Of a stretch of DNA of 64,000 nt, positions 12,479-28,041 are shown piece after piece (position 1 is the stretch's first letter; every line of letters starts with the position of its first letter). The notes below the pieces were generated by a model. The model had not been told where the DNA came from. It saw only the letters and a program-made list of their open reading frames with translations, and ran no database searches. The stretch is from Eledone cirrhosa (taxonomy: Eukaryota): NCBI GenBank assembly GCA_964016885.1, contig OZ024741.1, positions 320,788,001-320,852,000 of the forward strand, read 5' to 3'. A program made the position numbers and the translations under genes.

Positions 12479-13888
12479 TTGCGATATTTCTGCTGTTGCT
12501 CGGACTTTTAACACTGCAATCAGGAGTGAAACCATCCGGCAACATAAACTGTGTGGGTTCTGTCTTTCTTAAGCCTATCTAGGTCTAAACAACAGCCAAT
12601 GGGAGATGGCCTCTGTACTTTTTCTCAAGCTGCTAGAAATAGCAGCTTATTTTCCTTCAAATCACACCATACTGTATTAAACATTTGTCAATAGTGTATT
12701 TTATATTAAAAGAGGAGATAATATGCAGATAGGGCCATAATTAGTTTACTGTCTACAAAGAATCATAGTAACGACATGCTTGCAAATGGGAAATATTTCA
12801 AACATTTAATGTAACTATATAAACTTACATGAATTATCTGGTTAACTTTTGAACCAAAGGTTAATATCACCGTGGTTTTATTTCATTTACATTGCTTCTT
12901 AAATAAAAGTTAAGCTAATTCTGATCCTCCCAGTACACATTATAGAAACTAGAATAACAATTCATAGAGGGTGCTGTTTTTTTCCCCTACTGTTATTAAT
13001 TTCGAATTAATAGAGAAGTAAAAACAGTTTTCTTTGTTTTGCTTTCTTCAGTAATTAATAAGATTATATGAAAATCCAGATTTAGAACCTTACATACATA
13101 CTTACCACTACATAGCCTGAACGCCCCGGAAGTTCTCACACCAGTAGTTTATCACTCAGACTCGTACCATAATTTCCTTGACCACATTTTAGTCTGTGAT
13201 GTCAATCTACTTCTGCAGACACGGGAAAAAGTCCAGTCAGCGACCTTCGTAATTCTGATCTATAAGGAACGAATATATGGTTCAGCATTCTATGGTTCTA
13301 TCTTCCCAATATCCTGCGCTTACTTTACATGTCATTCACATTTTTAAGTGTATGTATAATTGTCTTAAGTGCTACTTTTTTGTTGATGTCTATGTGCGTG
13401 TATGTGCGTGGGTGTGTGTGAGTATGTATGGATGGCTATAGCTTTTGTGTATATGCGTGTGATTTTGTCAGGTATGCTTATGTGTGTATATATGTAATAC
13501 TGCTCTGTGTCGATCCTTTATTCCTGAAGAGCTACATCTAATAAACCTTGGTTCAAAGTTATTTTGGGGTCAACCTTTTAATGAAAAGCTGAAACTTAAT
13601 ATAAACATCAACGTCTGCTGATGTAATTAATATAGAAACTAACTTTTCCGGGCGTGGTTAGGTGAGGTGTACCATTATACCGTAATATTATACTGTACCA
13701 TTAAATCTACTATTCCTAGGATATTCGCTAACTATATCATCGCTATCCCAATAATACAAGAGTGGACAGTATGAGAGAATGCTGACTGGCGTAAAGAAAC
13801 CCAGGCACAAGCCGCTTCGTGGTCCTAGCAGATAAAATGGAGTTGTGTCATTTTATGTGTGTATTTGTATATAATATTATTTACCACT

Positions 13889-14110
13889 GGCGGGCGGTGG
13901 ATTGGCAGTATCGGTAGAAAGTCGAACACCATGCTTTGCCGCATAGAGTTACGGTCCTTTACGGTCTGAGTTCAAATCCCACCGAGGTTAACTTTGCCTT
14001 TCATCCTTACGGGGTCGATAAAATAAAGCACCAGTAACGTACTGGGGTCGATTTAATCGACTCTCCCCTCCCCTCAAATTACTGGCCTTGTGCCTATACT
14101 AGAAATCATA
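13889..14110 (+). mobile_element. tRNA-derived SINE, full length, Meta-like central domain
   Basis: A box TGGCAGTATCGG, B box GAGTTCAAATCC, and GCCTTTCATCCTTACGGGGTCGATAAAAT. At least 8 copies in the window. Confidence 0.88.
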
Positions 14111-14855
14111 AATTTACCATTGTTAATGTATTCATATTTTCCCCCATTTCCTCTGCTTTCAAAATTAATAACATTCTATACAACTATATTGAAAGAGATA
14201 TATCAGTTTGTATAAATTAGTTAATGGATGTTTACATCTGTATGGATTGTTGTATTTCCTGGTGTGGTTATTCTTTGTTTCTTAATTCCACCTCTTATCA
14301 TTTCTATCCACCCAACACTACTTTAACTCACCGCAGTATTTCTGATTGAGGCACAAACGCCTTCTCTCAATCTCTAACTTTAGATTGCAGCTACTTTTAT
14401 TTACATAAATTATTATGTTTCCTTTATTTAACAAATTCCAATTAAATTATATTATGTTTGCAATAAACAAAGAAAGAAATTACATATATGAGCCAGATAG
14501 CAAGCCTCTAAGTAGTCTTTCTACTTGTTAAATATAGACAATGAATTGCTCCCAAATCACACTATACTGTATTTTAAAAAAAGAACACATAGGATGATAT
14601 AGCTACAGATATAGCCTAGTAAAGATACTGGGCTGATATGGTTGAAATGCCTCTGATCATAGTACTGTTCACTTGAAGTGGAGCAGGAGTCAAATAGCTA
14701 TTTCGGCGGCGCAATACACAGCATCACAACACAAACAATGAAATCACAGAAAAACACAATGTCATACTCCACACAACGCAATTCTGCACACAACAAAAAA
14801 TTCCATACAATGTAAGATAACATACAACGCCACACTTTTCTAAATAACGTAACAT

Positions 14856-15054
14856 AATTGTTTCTAATTTAGGCACTAGTGGATCAAATTTGAAAGAAGA
14901 GCAAAATTGATTAAATTAACCCCAATACTTGAATGCTATATATTTTATCAAACCCACATGGATGAAAGGCAAAGTTGACTTCAGCCGTATTTGAAGAGAG
15001 AATGTAAAGAACTTTTTTATCCTGTTCTCTACCGATTCTGCCAATTCACCGCCC
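14856..15054 (-). mobile_element. Degenerate SINE (13889 family)
   Basis: GGATGAAAGGCAAAGTT and ...CCAATTCACCGCCC. Confidence 0.75.
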
Positions 15055-15685
15055 TGTCACATAGCGCAACATAACACACAAGAACACAACACATCAGTTA
15101 ATACAACATACCAAAACCTTATCACATGACCATTCCCTCAATAAACAATGTTAATAAGACTACCTAAGACAGCACAAGACAACACACAATAGCAGTAATA
15201 CACATATCAAAATAATCCCGATATAACATACACAACAACACCAACAGCACATACAACCACAAGACCTTTCCATCACTAAAACTTGTTAATCAGACATTAT
15301 ATTTCCATTCTTGTCAAAACTGAAGTAAAAAACGAAACAAACAAAAAAAAAACAAAGACATCAAGAGATATTTTCACCTTAAGCGGTGATTCAGTTATCT
15401 TTTTTTTCTTTTTCTTTTCCTTTGACGTTATTGAAAATTGTTTTTTCTAGGCCCGAGTGAGGGTGGCATTGGGGGATGGGGTCAGGGTTCTATTGTCAGC
15501 TGTCAGCTTTTGGCAATTCTGTGTACGTGAAGGGTACTTAGAGAAAGAGGTATTTTTTCCCTTTTCTCATTTTATTCGTTTTCTAATATTTCTATTATAT
15601 TTTTCATGTCTTTTAGAAATCCTTAATATTCATTGACATCGTTTATTGTTGGGGCTGCTGGGAGCGAAAATGTGTTTCGTGCTAT

Positions 15686-16488
15686 TGGTTGTGGCAGTAG
15701 TAGCGGTGGTGGTAGTAGTGGTAGTAGTGGTAGTAGTTGTAGTGGTGGTGGTGGTGATGGTGGTGGTGGCAGTAGTAGTGGCGGTGGTGGTAGTAGTAGT
15801 GGTGTTGGTGGTGACAGTAGTAGTAACGGTGGTGGTAGTAGAGGTGGTGGTGGCGGTGGTGGTGTTGGTGGTTGTGGTGACAGGTGGTGGTGGTGGTGGT
15901 GGTGGTGGAGGTGTTGGTGGCTGTGGTGGCCGTGGTGGTGGTGGTGGTAGAAGTTGTGGTGGCGATAATGGTGGCGGTGGTGGTGGTAATGATGGTGGTA
16001 GTGATGGTGAAGGGGTTGTGTTGTTGGTATTCGCTGCATTGGTGGTGCTGGCTGCATTCGTTGTGATGGTGGTGGTTGTGGTGATGGTGGTGGTTGTGGT
16101 GGTGTGGAACTGTATAGGTGGTGTCAATGGTGTGTAGTTGAGTTGTTGGTGCTATTGGATACATGAGTGGTGTGGTGGTGGTCTCTAGTGCAAGTGGTGG
16201 CAGTGGATGGTGATGGTGGTGGTGGTGGTGATGGTGGTGGTCGTGGTGGTGGTTGTGGTGGTGTGGAACTGTATAGGTGGTGTCAATGGTGTGGAGTTGA
16301 GTTGTTGGTGCTATTGAATACATGAGTGGTGTGGTGGTGGTCTCTAGTGCAAGTGGTGGCAGTGGATGGAGATGATGGTGGTGGTGGTGATGGTGGTGGT
16401 GATGGTGGTGGTCGTGGTGGTGGTGGTGGGTGTAGTTGTGGTGGCAGTTTTAATCCTAATGGTGAAATTAATGGGAATAATGCCAGGG

Positions 16489-16536
<48 letters not shown>
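15686..16536. repeat. (GGT)n/(GAT)n low-complexity tract with ~160-bp tandem duplication
   Basis: 16101-16210 is repeated at 16260-16369. Confidence 0.9.
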
Positions 16537-16537
<1 letters not shown>

Positions 16538-16660
16538 GTAATTAAGGCCAAGGTTATTTATGAAGGTGCTACAGTCGATCGAATTAAACGCTGCCCTCTT
16601 TCTCAGTCTATAACAAACAAATCATTCACGAACCCCAACACACACACACTCACACACGCA

Positions 16661-16764
<104 letters not shown>

Positions 16765-17405
16765 TATATATATATAAGTTAAAACAATGAAATCAAAATT
16801 CAAGTCATTAGAAATATACTTCACTGCTTTACGATCGTTTCTAGGTGATAATAATAATACATCCTACGCATATTTCGTTATCGATCTATGTAGGGTTAGT
16901 TACAAAATATCAGATAAGGAATATATTTAGCTACATGTATATCATCAGCCGTTGTCAAAAGCAATGAAAATTTTATTCAAAATCAATAGTAAATTGAGTT
17001 CTATGACCTTATTTGGTGGTAGCTGAAGAACAAACCAATCAAATGGTTTTTTGCCATATGATGTTAAGATGAAATATAACTCACTTTAGTTGAGGTCATG
17101 ACCCTTTGAAAGGAATGGTTGAATGGTGTTAAAAATAAAATTACTATAAAGAATCTATGAGGAAAAAGGGATTGTTATATTGATAGTGGAATGTAGATGG
17201 TGGAGTTAAGTTTAAAAAGGAATGTAAAAATTAAATGTTGAGTTGTGTTGTATGGAGTTTTTAGGTGAATATAAATAAGTAAATATAAAATATACAGTGA
17301 TAACATGGATAAATATAGATAGGTAAAGTAATGGTCATAACTAGGATGGATAGTATATTAAAAGATGAAAATTATAATAAGATAATAAAATATAATAATA
17401 TAATA

Positions 17406-17581
17406 TAATTGTTTCTACTTTTGGCACAAGGCCAGCAATAACCCAGTGCATTACTGGTACTTTATTTTATCGACCCCGTAAGGATGAAAGGCAAAGTTAA
17501 CCTTGGCGGGTTTTGAACTCAGTTCGTAAAGGAACATAACTGTGCTGCAAAGCATGACTCTCTACCGATACTGGCAATCCA
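17406..17581 (-). mobile_element. SINE (13889 family, short subfamily)
   Basis: Sequence identity to the family and an (AAT)n tail. Confidence 0.85.
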
Positions 17582-17988
17582 ATATAATATAATGTAATAT
17601 AATATAGTACAGTATGGTACATTGTATATAGTATATTATAGCGTATGATGCATCATAAAATATAAAATAGTAAATATTTTCAAGTGTGTCTATGTATAAG
17701 TAATCAAACTCAGATAAATGCATGTTGACATATAGTCAAAACGCATACTTTTCTTAGATCTACATTCCACTATCAATATAACAATCCCTTTTTCCTCATA
17801 TGTTCTTTATAGTAATTCTATTTTTAACACCATTTAACCATTCCTTTCAAAGGGTCATGATCTCAACTAAAGTGAGTTATATTTCATCTTAACATCATAT
17901 GGCAAAACACCATTTGATTGGTTTGTTCTTCAAATAAGGTCCAAATAAGGTCATAGAACTCAATTTACTATTGATTTTGAATAAAATG

Positions 17989-18134
17989 TTCATTGCTTTT
18001 GACAACGGCTGATGATATACATGTAGGTAAATATATTCCTTATCTGATATTTTGTAACTAACCCTACATAGATCGATAACGAAATATGCATACGATGTAT
18101 TATTATCACCTAGAAACGATCGTAAAGCAGTGAA
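17989..18134 (+). ncRNA. Hammerhead variant (U3-A8 core, extended stem II); mirror copy at 16820-16968 (-)
   Basis: TTCATTGCTT-TTGACAA-[~107-nt stem II closed by GGCTGATGATATACAT/ATGTATTATTATCACC]-GAAA-CGATCG-TA-AAGCAGTGAA. Confidence 0.65.
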
Positions 18135-18323
18135 GTATATTTCTAATGACTTGAATTTTTATTTCATTGTTTTAACTTATATCATGACTCTGTTTTCCTT
18201 TTGATGTTTTATTGTTTTCCGGGATTTATTTTAACCTACAACATTTTCAACATATGGATTACATTGAGTTCGTCATGCAGACTAGACCCCACAACTAACC
18301 GTGGATATTTCTGTATATATATA

Positions 18324-18528
<205 letters not shown>

Positions 18529-18703
18529 ATGTGAATATGTATATATGTGAATATGTATATATGTGAATATGTATGTATGTGAATATAAGAATATATCTAT
18601 AAATATATATGTGTGTGTTTATATATATATGTGTGTGTGTTTATGTATATATATGTGTGTGTGTGTGTGTGTTTATATATATATATAAATGTATATGTGT
18701 GTG

Positions 18704-18790
<87 letters not shown>

Positions 18791-18926
18791 TAGAAAGTGA
18801 GGTTTTTTTTACAAATTGAAAAATAACCGAGGTGTCCTACACGAGTGAAAGTATAAAGAAAAAGAGATGAAATCGAAAATGCAACTGGAGTCTTATTTTT
18901 TTTTTAAATATATATATTTATTTGGT

Positions 18927-18968
18927 TCCTTTACCGGTTTCGCAGTTCTTCTGCTTTTCAAAAGTAGA
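18927..18968 (-). ncRNA. Minimal hammerhead variant (U3-A8 core)
   Basis: Minus strand: CTT-TTGAAAA-GCAG aagaa CTGC-GAAA-CCGG-TA-AAG, inside a ~200-bp insert between (TA)n tracts. Confidence 0.65.
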
Positions 18969-18987
18969 GTTGAGATGGAGGGTCTGT

Positions 18988-19057
<70 letters not shown>

Positions 19058-19060
<3 letters not shown>

Positions 19061-19250
19061 ATATTTGTACGTGTGTTATATAGTTATAGAGGTATGTATT
19101 TACACTGTAATTAATATTTTTAACTTTCGTGTGTCTACTCTGCCTTTCATAGGTTATAGATTCCATACACGGGTGGTTTTTCCCTGTTTTATTGACAGCG
19201 CACTGTATCTCCCTCTAGTGTATTACCTTTTCAACATATTGTATTTTATA
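19058..19250 (+). repeat. Interspersed repeat ending in (TA)n
   Basis: A second copy lies at ~40046-40225. Confidence 0.7.
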
Positions 19251-19316
19251 TATATATATATATAAAAATCAGGAAAAAAGAGTGACACGGTTTGCTATAC
19301 AAAAAAGGTTTTTAAT

Positions 19317-19435
19317 CTCATTGCTGACAATTGTTTCTCTGAACTGGTAGGTCTAGAGATCGCTATCCGCTTATTTTCACGTTGCTCGATCGCCAATACA
19401 AAGTTATAACCAGTCAGTTCATCGGAGCTTGTGAG
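19317..19435 (-). ncRNA. Hammerhead variant (U4C core, long stem II)
   Basis: Minus strand: CTCAcaaGCT-CCGATGA-ACTGACTGGT...ACCAGTTCAGA-GAAA-CAATTG-TC-AGCaaTGAG. Confidence 0.55.
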
Positions 19436-19546
19436 GAAACGCCTTGTTGAGTCAAACTTAGCCAAGCGTTGATATCATCCACTACCCGGAGTACCATAAC
19501 TGGACTACACCTAAGTGAACTACTTATAACAATAATTTGTTACCCC

Positions 19547-19610
<64 letters not shown>

Positions 19611-20056
19611 GTGTGTGTGTGTGTGTGTGTGGTGTAATTGAGATCGCTTTTCCGAAGTATAACGGAAGGAAACCAATGTCACTGCCACATTATTAGATAC
19701 GATACATACAAGGGTGAATTCTACAGGACTAGAAACGTTTCATACGATTAAAATCATCAGAGATATCATATGATGTTGGTCAAGTTGGATATATATCCAT
19801 TTTGTTGGAATAGAAAATTCTGTATCCCGTATAAATCTCTACCACACTACCATTCAATAGAAGCAGTTGTCTCAAACACCGTCTTCAAAGATTCATCTTC
19901 CTTCCATTCTACCCTAGTGAATTCTTCGTCTAAAACTCTGACTAATTGAACATTATACCTTCCTTTCTCATCTTTCTTCTTCTTCTTCTTCTTCTTCTTC
20001 TTCTTCTTCTTCTTCTTCTTCTTCTTCTTCTTCTTCTTCTTTGTAATTATTATTTA

Positions 20057-20188
20057 CAGTCTGAGTTCAAATCCCGCCGAGGTTAACTTTGCCTTTCATC
20101 CTTACGGGTCAATAAAATAAAGTACCAGTAATGTACTGGGTAATTGCTGGTCTTGTGCCTAAAGTAGAAACAATTATTATTATTATTA
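20057..20188 (+). mobile_element. 5'-truncated SINE (13889 family)
   Basis: Runs from the B box to a (TTA)n tail. Confidence 0.85.
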
Positions 20189-20209
20189 TCTATGTTGTTG
20201 AACCTCTCG

Positions 20210-21780
20210 AGACTTGTGCACATCGCTCCAGTAAGTTTGTTATTATTTCTTTTGTTACACGAAGTTATATACTGAGCATTTGTTACCGTTTCATAGACTT
20301 TTTTTTATCTGTAGCCATTGTGGGTTGAACTGTGGTTTATTTAGCAAACACCACCAACGTTTGTTTAAAAAAAAGAAAGATGTCGGACAAGGAATGTACC
20401 TCTGCTGAAAAAAAGAGCTAGTCAATGGAACAGCAAAATTGTAAAAAATCAAAAACAGCAGCAGAAGCAACAACAGAGCACAGGAAATGTATGAAACTAA
20501 TTTCCCGCTACTAAACATTGCAACACCACCATCAACATCATAAAAGAGAATAATGACAACAAACAGCAACTACAATGTTAACAAGGACACAGCCACTACG
20601 AACTCAGTATGAAGTAAAGATATTTAGAAAGAGATGGAGATTTTCAGCACCAGCACATTTCAACTAATAATGGTGTGATTGTTGCTAGGTGCCTATAAAA
20701 GTATTAGGGATGGATTTCCCAATGACGGGGTAGCCACTAATATAAAAGGAAACCCCACCAGATATGGAAGTCGAACCACCCGAACTCCAACAGCAACCGA
20801 AGGACAAGTAGCTCCCCTTTTTTCTTTTTTGATCAATCTGCCAACATGGCAATTATAATGAGCTATATAAATGTTCGAGGACTGGAGTCGTCTTCGAAGT
20901 AAGGTCGCTTGCGCAATGAGCTCAAGTCACTAGATATAGATGTGACTGCCGTCAGCGAGACCAGGATTTCTAGGAACGTCTAGCAATTTACTGTTTGTGG
21001 AGGACTGGAGCAGCATCTTGGACGCACGCTAACATTGTGTTGGAGTAGCAGATAGAAGTGTGGGGTGCAAAAGCCCCAAGAACCTGATCAAAAAGTTCTA
21101 ACTGTATGACAGATGCCGATTATATTTCCCGAATACGCCGGTGTGGACTAGAACCAATTGCATAGGGTCATAAAGATCGTATATAGATACATTTTTCATT
21201 AGATTACCAGATAGGGATTGCATAGGATGTCCTCAATTTAGAATGGTTGTAATTTCAGACAAAAATTCGTGATCTACGTGATCTATCTAGATGGAAAACG
21301 TAAGACTAGGTTACTGGAAGCTTAACGTGTCGTCCGCGGCGCGTAAAGTCCACAGCGACAGGTTTAACACTTTAGTTAAGCGAAAGTTGACAGGGTGAGT
21401 CGCCAACAACAGGTGGTGGTGTGCTCTCAGGATAGTGATCAGATAGCATATAGTAAAGAAGTGGGGATAGAAGAAATAAAAAGAGGATGGAGTTAGTAAC
21501 TAATTTAGAAGAGGTGTTTACGAATGGCATTGCAACCGACGTGCTAGCTGCGGGAATTGCACTAGACTATTTCATCAATGCGAAACATGAAGGTTGCATA
21601 TGTCAGAGTTTAAGTCGCCGCGTGCTCTAAGAAACGAGAGAACGACAGATGTTTGCTGCTTTTCGCTCGGACTTTGCACGGTGAGAGTGGCGGGTCGGTG
21701 ACCATTACAGTCTTCAGTTCCTACCGCGAGGACCTACCACGACTCATGCAGATTGATGCTGAGTGCAGCGCTAGAGCACT
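20210..21780 (+). mobile_element. Old decayed Tx1/L1-type LINE fragment
   Basis: 20858-21775 aligns by eye to the APE/linker region at 59206-60520 (INVRGL.., DVTAVSETRIS, GYWKLN). The 5' boundary is uncertain. Confidence 0.75.
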
Positions 21781-22187
21781 ATACCTTTCGACAGAAATGC
21801 AAAACAACGTTTGTTAACCAGTCCTACGCCTTCAGAAACATTGTGTATTTGTATTTGTATCTAACCTCCTCCACAAAATCCACACATTTGAGAGCTTTTC
21901 CTTATTAAGCGTCACATCGGATCTATGATATTATATCCAGACAGTTTATTAGTGCAGTTAATTAGAGCACTTGAGTTAACTCCGTCTTTATTGCCACGAA
22001 TTCCAGTCAAAGCTGCAAGCGTCAAACATTTGGCACTGCCACTTAATGGTAAAATTTGAGTCATCTTGAATAATTTGTTAGGAAGAGTTGTATATTCTAT
22101 TAAATAATTCATATGTATATATATAACTATGTGTGTATACACATACGCCCGCATACAGGCACACACACATACACACATCTCCCTCTC

Positions 22188-22238
<51 letters not shown>

Positions 22239-22259
22239 TATATATATATACATACATAT

Positions 22260-23963
<1,704 letters not shown>

Positions 23964-23966
<3 letters not shown>

Positions 23967-24165
23967 GATAACAAGTTACCGTTTTAGGTAATCTAGTTAG
24001 AGGTTGTGAGTACTCTGTACTATGGATAGTTTTAACATACGGCGTTGTTTGACTCAACAAGTGGTATCGTTAGTTAGGTAGCGAGTTTGCGAAAATTCCC
24101 ATGCATGTCATTCTTGGAGTAATAGCAGTGAAAGAGTGAAGAATAACATGTTATTCTTGACTCTT

Positions 24166-24170
<5 letters not shown>
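23964..24170 (-). mobile_element. Short TA-flanked insert ending in a hairpin
   Basis: Related to 19440-19548 (TTGTTGAGTCAAAC; TTGTTAYCCC end). Palindrome at 24127-24170. Confidence 0.5.
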
Positions 24171-24210
<40 letters not shown>

Positions 24211-24620
24211 TAAGTTGCTTTATTTTATTAATGTTTAAATTGAGACGTGGGAGGCTGGGGCTAGGTGCATTACCTCTATTAATCTTAATTCACTCAGAAA
24301 CGACGAAAGACCCCCAATGGTCCTTTTGGAGCACGAGGAACTAATGGTGAATATACTGTTCGCGGTTGCAGTGACTGCAAAAGCAACAGCAACAAAAATA
24401 TAATTTTCAACGAAAAGATAAAAAGTAAAATAGAAAACATAATATGTGTTAGCTTATTCCTATAGGTGCGAGAATACAAGTGAAAGCAGAAAAAGGTATT
24501 GGAGTGAGGTGAAAGATTTTACTGTATCAACCAGGTCAGTTGTATTTATGCTGGCACAAACGATTCAAGGGAGAAACACACACACACATGCACGTGCACA
24601 GACACACATACAGACACACG

Positions 24621-24655
<35 letters not shown>

Positions 24656-24981
24656 GTATTATGGTAAAGATATCCAATGTATAGAGCATCCCAAGTCTGT
24701 AGAAAGAGCCTTAATATAAATATTAATGCCAGTTACTACAACGACGCCATTCCAGTGACGTACGTTGCGTTGGACCGGAGGGCCAACTTGTTTAACCTGT
24801 GCTGATGGGAACGCACTGGAAAATCTTTACTCAAGAGGAAATTATTCTCCTGTGTGTTCCCATCAGCATGTTCCTCCATTTTCTTTTTGAACAAACATTT
24901 TCCAGTGCATTCCGGTGCGATATACTATATTATATACAATACACGGCAAACTGGCGTATACCTTCCTAGGTACTCAGATTT

Positions 24982-25074
<93 letters not shown>

Positions 25075-25747
25075 TAAAAACATACATACACAAAACACAA
25101 TGTTATCGAATTATAATATTTATATATAGTAAAACACTGCATAGTTAGAAAAATACATTTAAAGGCAAATGCAAATTTACTTACATTATAATTAGTAAAT
25201 CTAATAATAATTGTTTATGCTTTGTTTTACTAAATATAAATATTATCATAGCTCAACAATATTGTGTAAATGATGCTGTGTAAATTTGGGTTTTAGCTCT
25301 TAATATTCATTGAGCTTTTTTGTTATAATTGGATCGAACTAATTTATTTCAATCTATATTTTATATTTTCTGCTCGTTTAATTAGTTAATTTAGGTTGAG
25401 TTTTAATTTGAGGCGTTTGGTGTGCTATTTTTAGCTTTTCTCAGAATCTCAAGCCTTTTTAATGCTATGATGGAACTGGCTATTTTTTAGATCAAAGGGT
25501 GCATGTTTTTTTTATGAAGTGCTGTACGTTTTTTATTGTGATGTTAGTTATCTCCTTGACTTCGATACAAACACAAGTATATTCATTCGAATTCACTTGT
25601 ATAGGCTTATTTATCTATAAGACAATGCTTACTGGTGTCACACTTCAATAAAAATGCTCTGAAAATTTTGATTTTTGCTCTTAATGTTCATTTAGTCATT
25701 TTGTGTTATAATTGGATCGAGATAATTTATTTCGATTTATATTCTAT

Positions 25748-25798
<51 letters not shown>

Positions 25799-25853
25799 CC
25801 ACACACACACACACACGTATATTATATATATTTATATACTTACAGACATATAT

Positions 25854-25959
<106 letters not shown>

Positions 25960-27013
25960 ATATATATATATATATGTTTACATTAGTAAATATATTGATG
26001 TTCAAACAAGAGCTGAAATGTGCTTTACACAGTTAAATGTCTGTCAGCACGTGTGTGAGTTCGTATAAGTAGATTATATATTGATAATATGTGTGTATAA
26101 TGTGGACAGAATTTTCCTTATTGTTTCTATTTTTCTTTATTTCCAGTTATTTTTCTCTCTGTTACTTCTATGTTTTCATATTTTTTCTCACTGTTTTCAT
26201 CCTTTCCCACCAGACATTTCTTGTTTAGCCATTTGTCTGCCCATTAGCTTAAAGAAATGACTCACATTTTTAGCTTTCCCTTATGCAAGACTTTTTAACT
26301 CATGAAACCATTGGCTACACATTTATTATCGTGTGTGCGAATCACACCCAATTCTCCTTAAAAGGAGAATTAAAATATCCCGAAATTAGTGATCATACTT
26401 TAAGAATGATTTAAGCTCAGAATTCAGAAACCTGAATTATACTACATTCACTTCCATTCCATCGATCCATCGGCATTTTCCAAGCGCTCTGAATAAGGAG
26501 GAAAGTGTACAGTTTTATGAAACATTTTGAATTGTGTTTGCATGTTTTCTATTTTCTTTTGTTGGTAACTGATTTCTATGTTTGTTTTTGTCTCTTTATA
26601 TTTCTAGGTGATTTTCAAATGCTACCAAGTGTAGCGAATCTGACGTAACACGTCAAATGATACACGAAGTAGAGGGGCGATGAGAAATCATAAAACATTT
26701 ATCAGGAATACGTTTATGTTGAAGGGTTTGAAGAAGAGAAAGAAAATAGACCAAATATATTACATTTGGGAGACATTGTCTGCTTCGACTGTCGTATATA
26801 TGTGTTTGTATATGTCTATATGTTTATGCATGTGTGTGTTTGTATATGTCTATATATATATATGTGGGAGGGGGGATGTATGTGTACACGTGTGTTCAAT
26901 ACAAATAAACAATCAAGAAAGGACGAAATAAATAAGTGGTGGTGTGGAATATGACATAAAATAAAATCGTATTCTTTATTAAAGAATTCAAGTGATGACT
27001 GTGGACAATAATG

Positions 27014-27146
27014 TTCGGATCTAGCTGTCGAAACAGCCGGAGCTGAGCCGTCGGCGTCCTGACTCTTTTCCTATTACTCTACTACCCTAAGTATCGGGTA
27101 CTCTGGTGAGTTATGGTCCACCGGGTGTCTTACCACGCCTTCTCTG
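27014..27146 (+). mobile_element. Family B fragment
   Basis: GAAA-stem III-GTC followed by the family B 3' end. Confidence 0.7.
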
Positions 27147-27201
<55 letters not shown>

Positions 27202-27236
27202 ATGTATGTATATATATATGAATATATATATATATG

Positions 27237-27267
<31 letters not shown>

Positions 27268-27308
27268 GTTTTATATATATATATATATATCCATATATAT
27301 ATATATGC

Positions 27309-27387
<79 letters not shown>

Positions 27388-27388
27388 T

Positions 27389-27669
27389 AGTAATAATAAT
27401 AAATTTGAAGACTAAAATCCAAAGAGGGCTCGATAAGGATAAATATATATCAAATATATAAGAACCGTAGAGCAAATGTTTATTAAAATAACAGATTAAA
27501 GTTTAAGCAAAGAATCACTGCTTTCGCCCTTAACGGGATCTTCTGAAACTAACAAAGTCAATCTGTAAACGCACTGCGTTTACAGATTGACTTTGTTAGT
27601 TTCAGAAGATCCCGTTAAGGGCGAAAGCAGTGATTCTTTGCTTAAACTTTAATCTGTTATTTTAATAAA
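27389..27669. mobile_element. Family C palindromic insertion
   Basis: Essentially perfect ~95-bp arms centred at 27574, in (TA)n. Five copies of the family are in the window. Confidence 0.85.
27582..27657 (+). ncRNA. Hammerhead variant (U4A core; family C)
   Basis: ACAGATT..AGTTT-CAGAAGA-T CCC gttaa GGG C-GAAA-GCA gtgattctt TGC-TT-AAACT..AATCTGT. Confidence 0.65.
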
Positions 27670-28004
27670 TATATACATATATATATATATATTTGTATAT
27701 ATGTATATATGTATGTATATATATAGTAAAAACATCGGTGGATATGAGAAAGGAAAAAGGAAAACAGAGCTGAATCTGATATGAGAGTTGATATCTTATA
27801 GACGTAAATTAAGGATGGTATTTTGAGGGGGATCAGGATAATAACCACAGTTCAATGAAATACTCAATACATTGGTAAAGAATAAAGATATTTATTATAT
27901 ATGACTGTCTTCCACAGAAACTGTTTCATTCGTTTGATATCATCAGTACAATCCTAATGTTTCCTCCAAATAAACATTTCTAGTCTGTAGAAGCTATTTC
28001 TATA

Positions 28005-28035
<31 letters not shown>

Positions 28036-28041
28036 GAGAGA

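Larger units (their letters stand above)
16774..18182. mobile_element. Head-to-head PLE-LTR-like insertion with ~425-bp inverted arms
   Basis: 16774-17199 is the reverse complement of 17756-18182. Each arm has a hammerhead fold and a SINE sits in the spacer. Confidence 0.8.

Noticed and set aside
13889-13985. tRNA gene
   Set aside because: The A and B boxes belong to a multicopy SINE head, and there is no cloverleaf.
15623-16541. His/Pro/Thr/Gly-rich ORFs
   Set aside because: They arise from a (GGT)n low-complexity tract open in many frames, with no domain or splice support.
19725-19770. CTGATGA...GAAACG on the minus strand
   Set aside because: No convincing stem I or stem II.
26580-26660. 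Plus-strand splice acceptor and short exon (similar sites at ~24465, ~30000, ~63577)
   Set aside because: Weak donors and no coherent reading frame or homology.
27905-27995. Possible hammerhead (CTGATGA...GAAA, minus strand)
   Set aside because: Stem I register is incompatible with the core; too degenerate to call.
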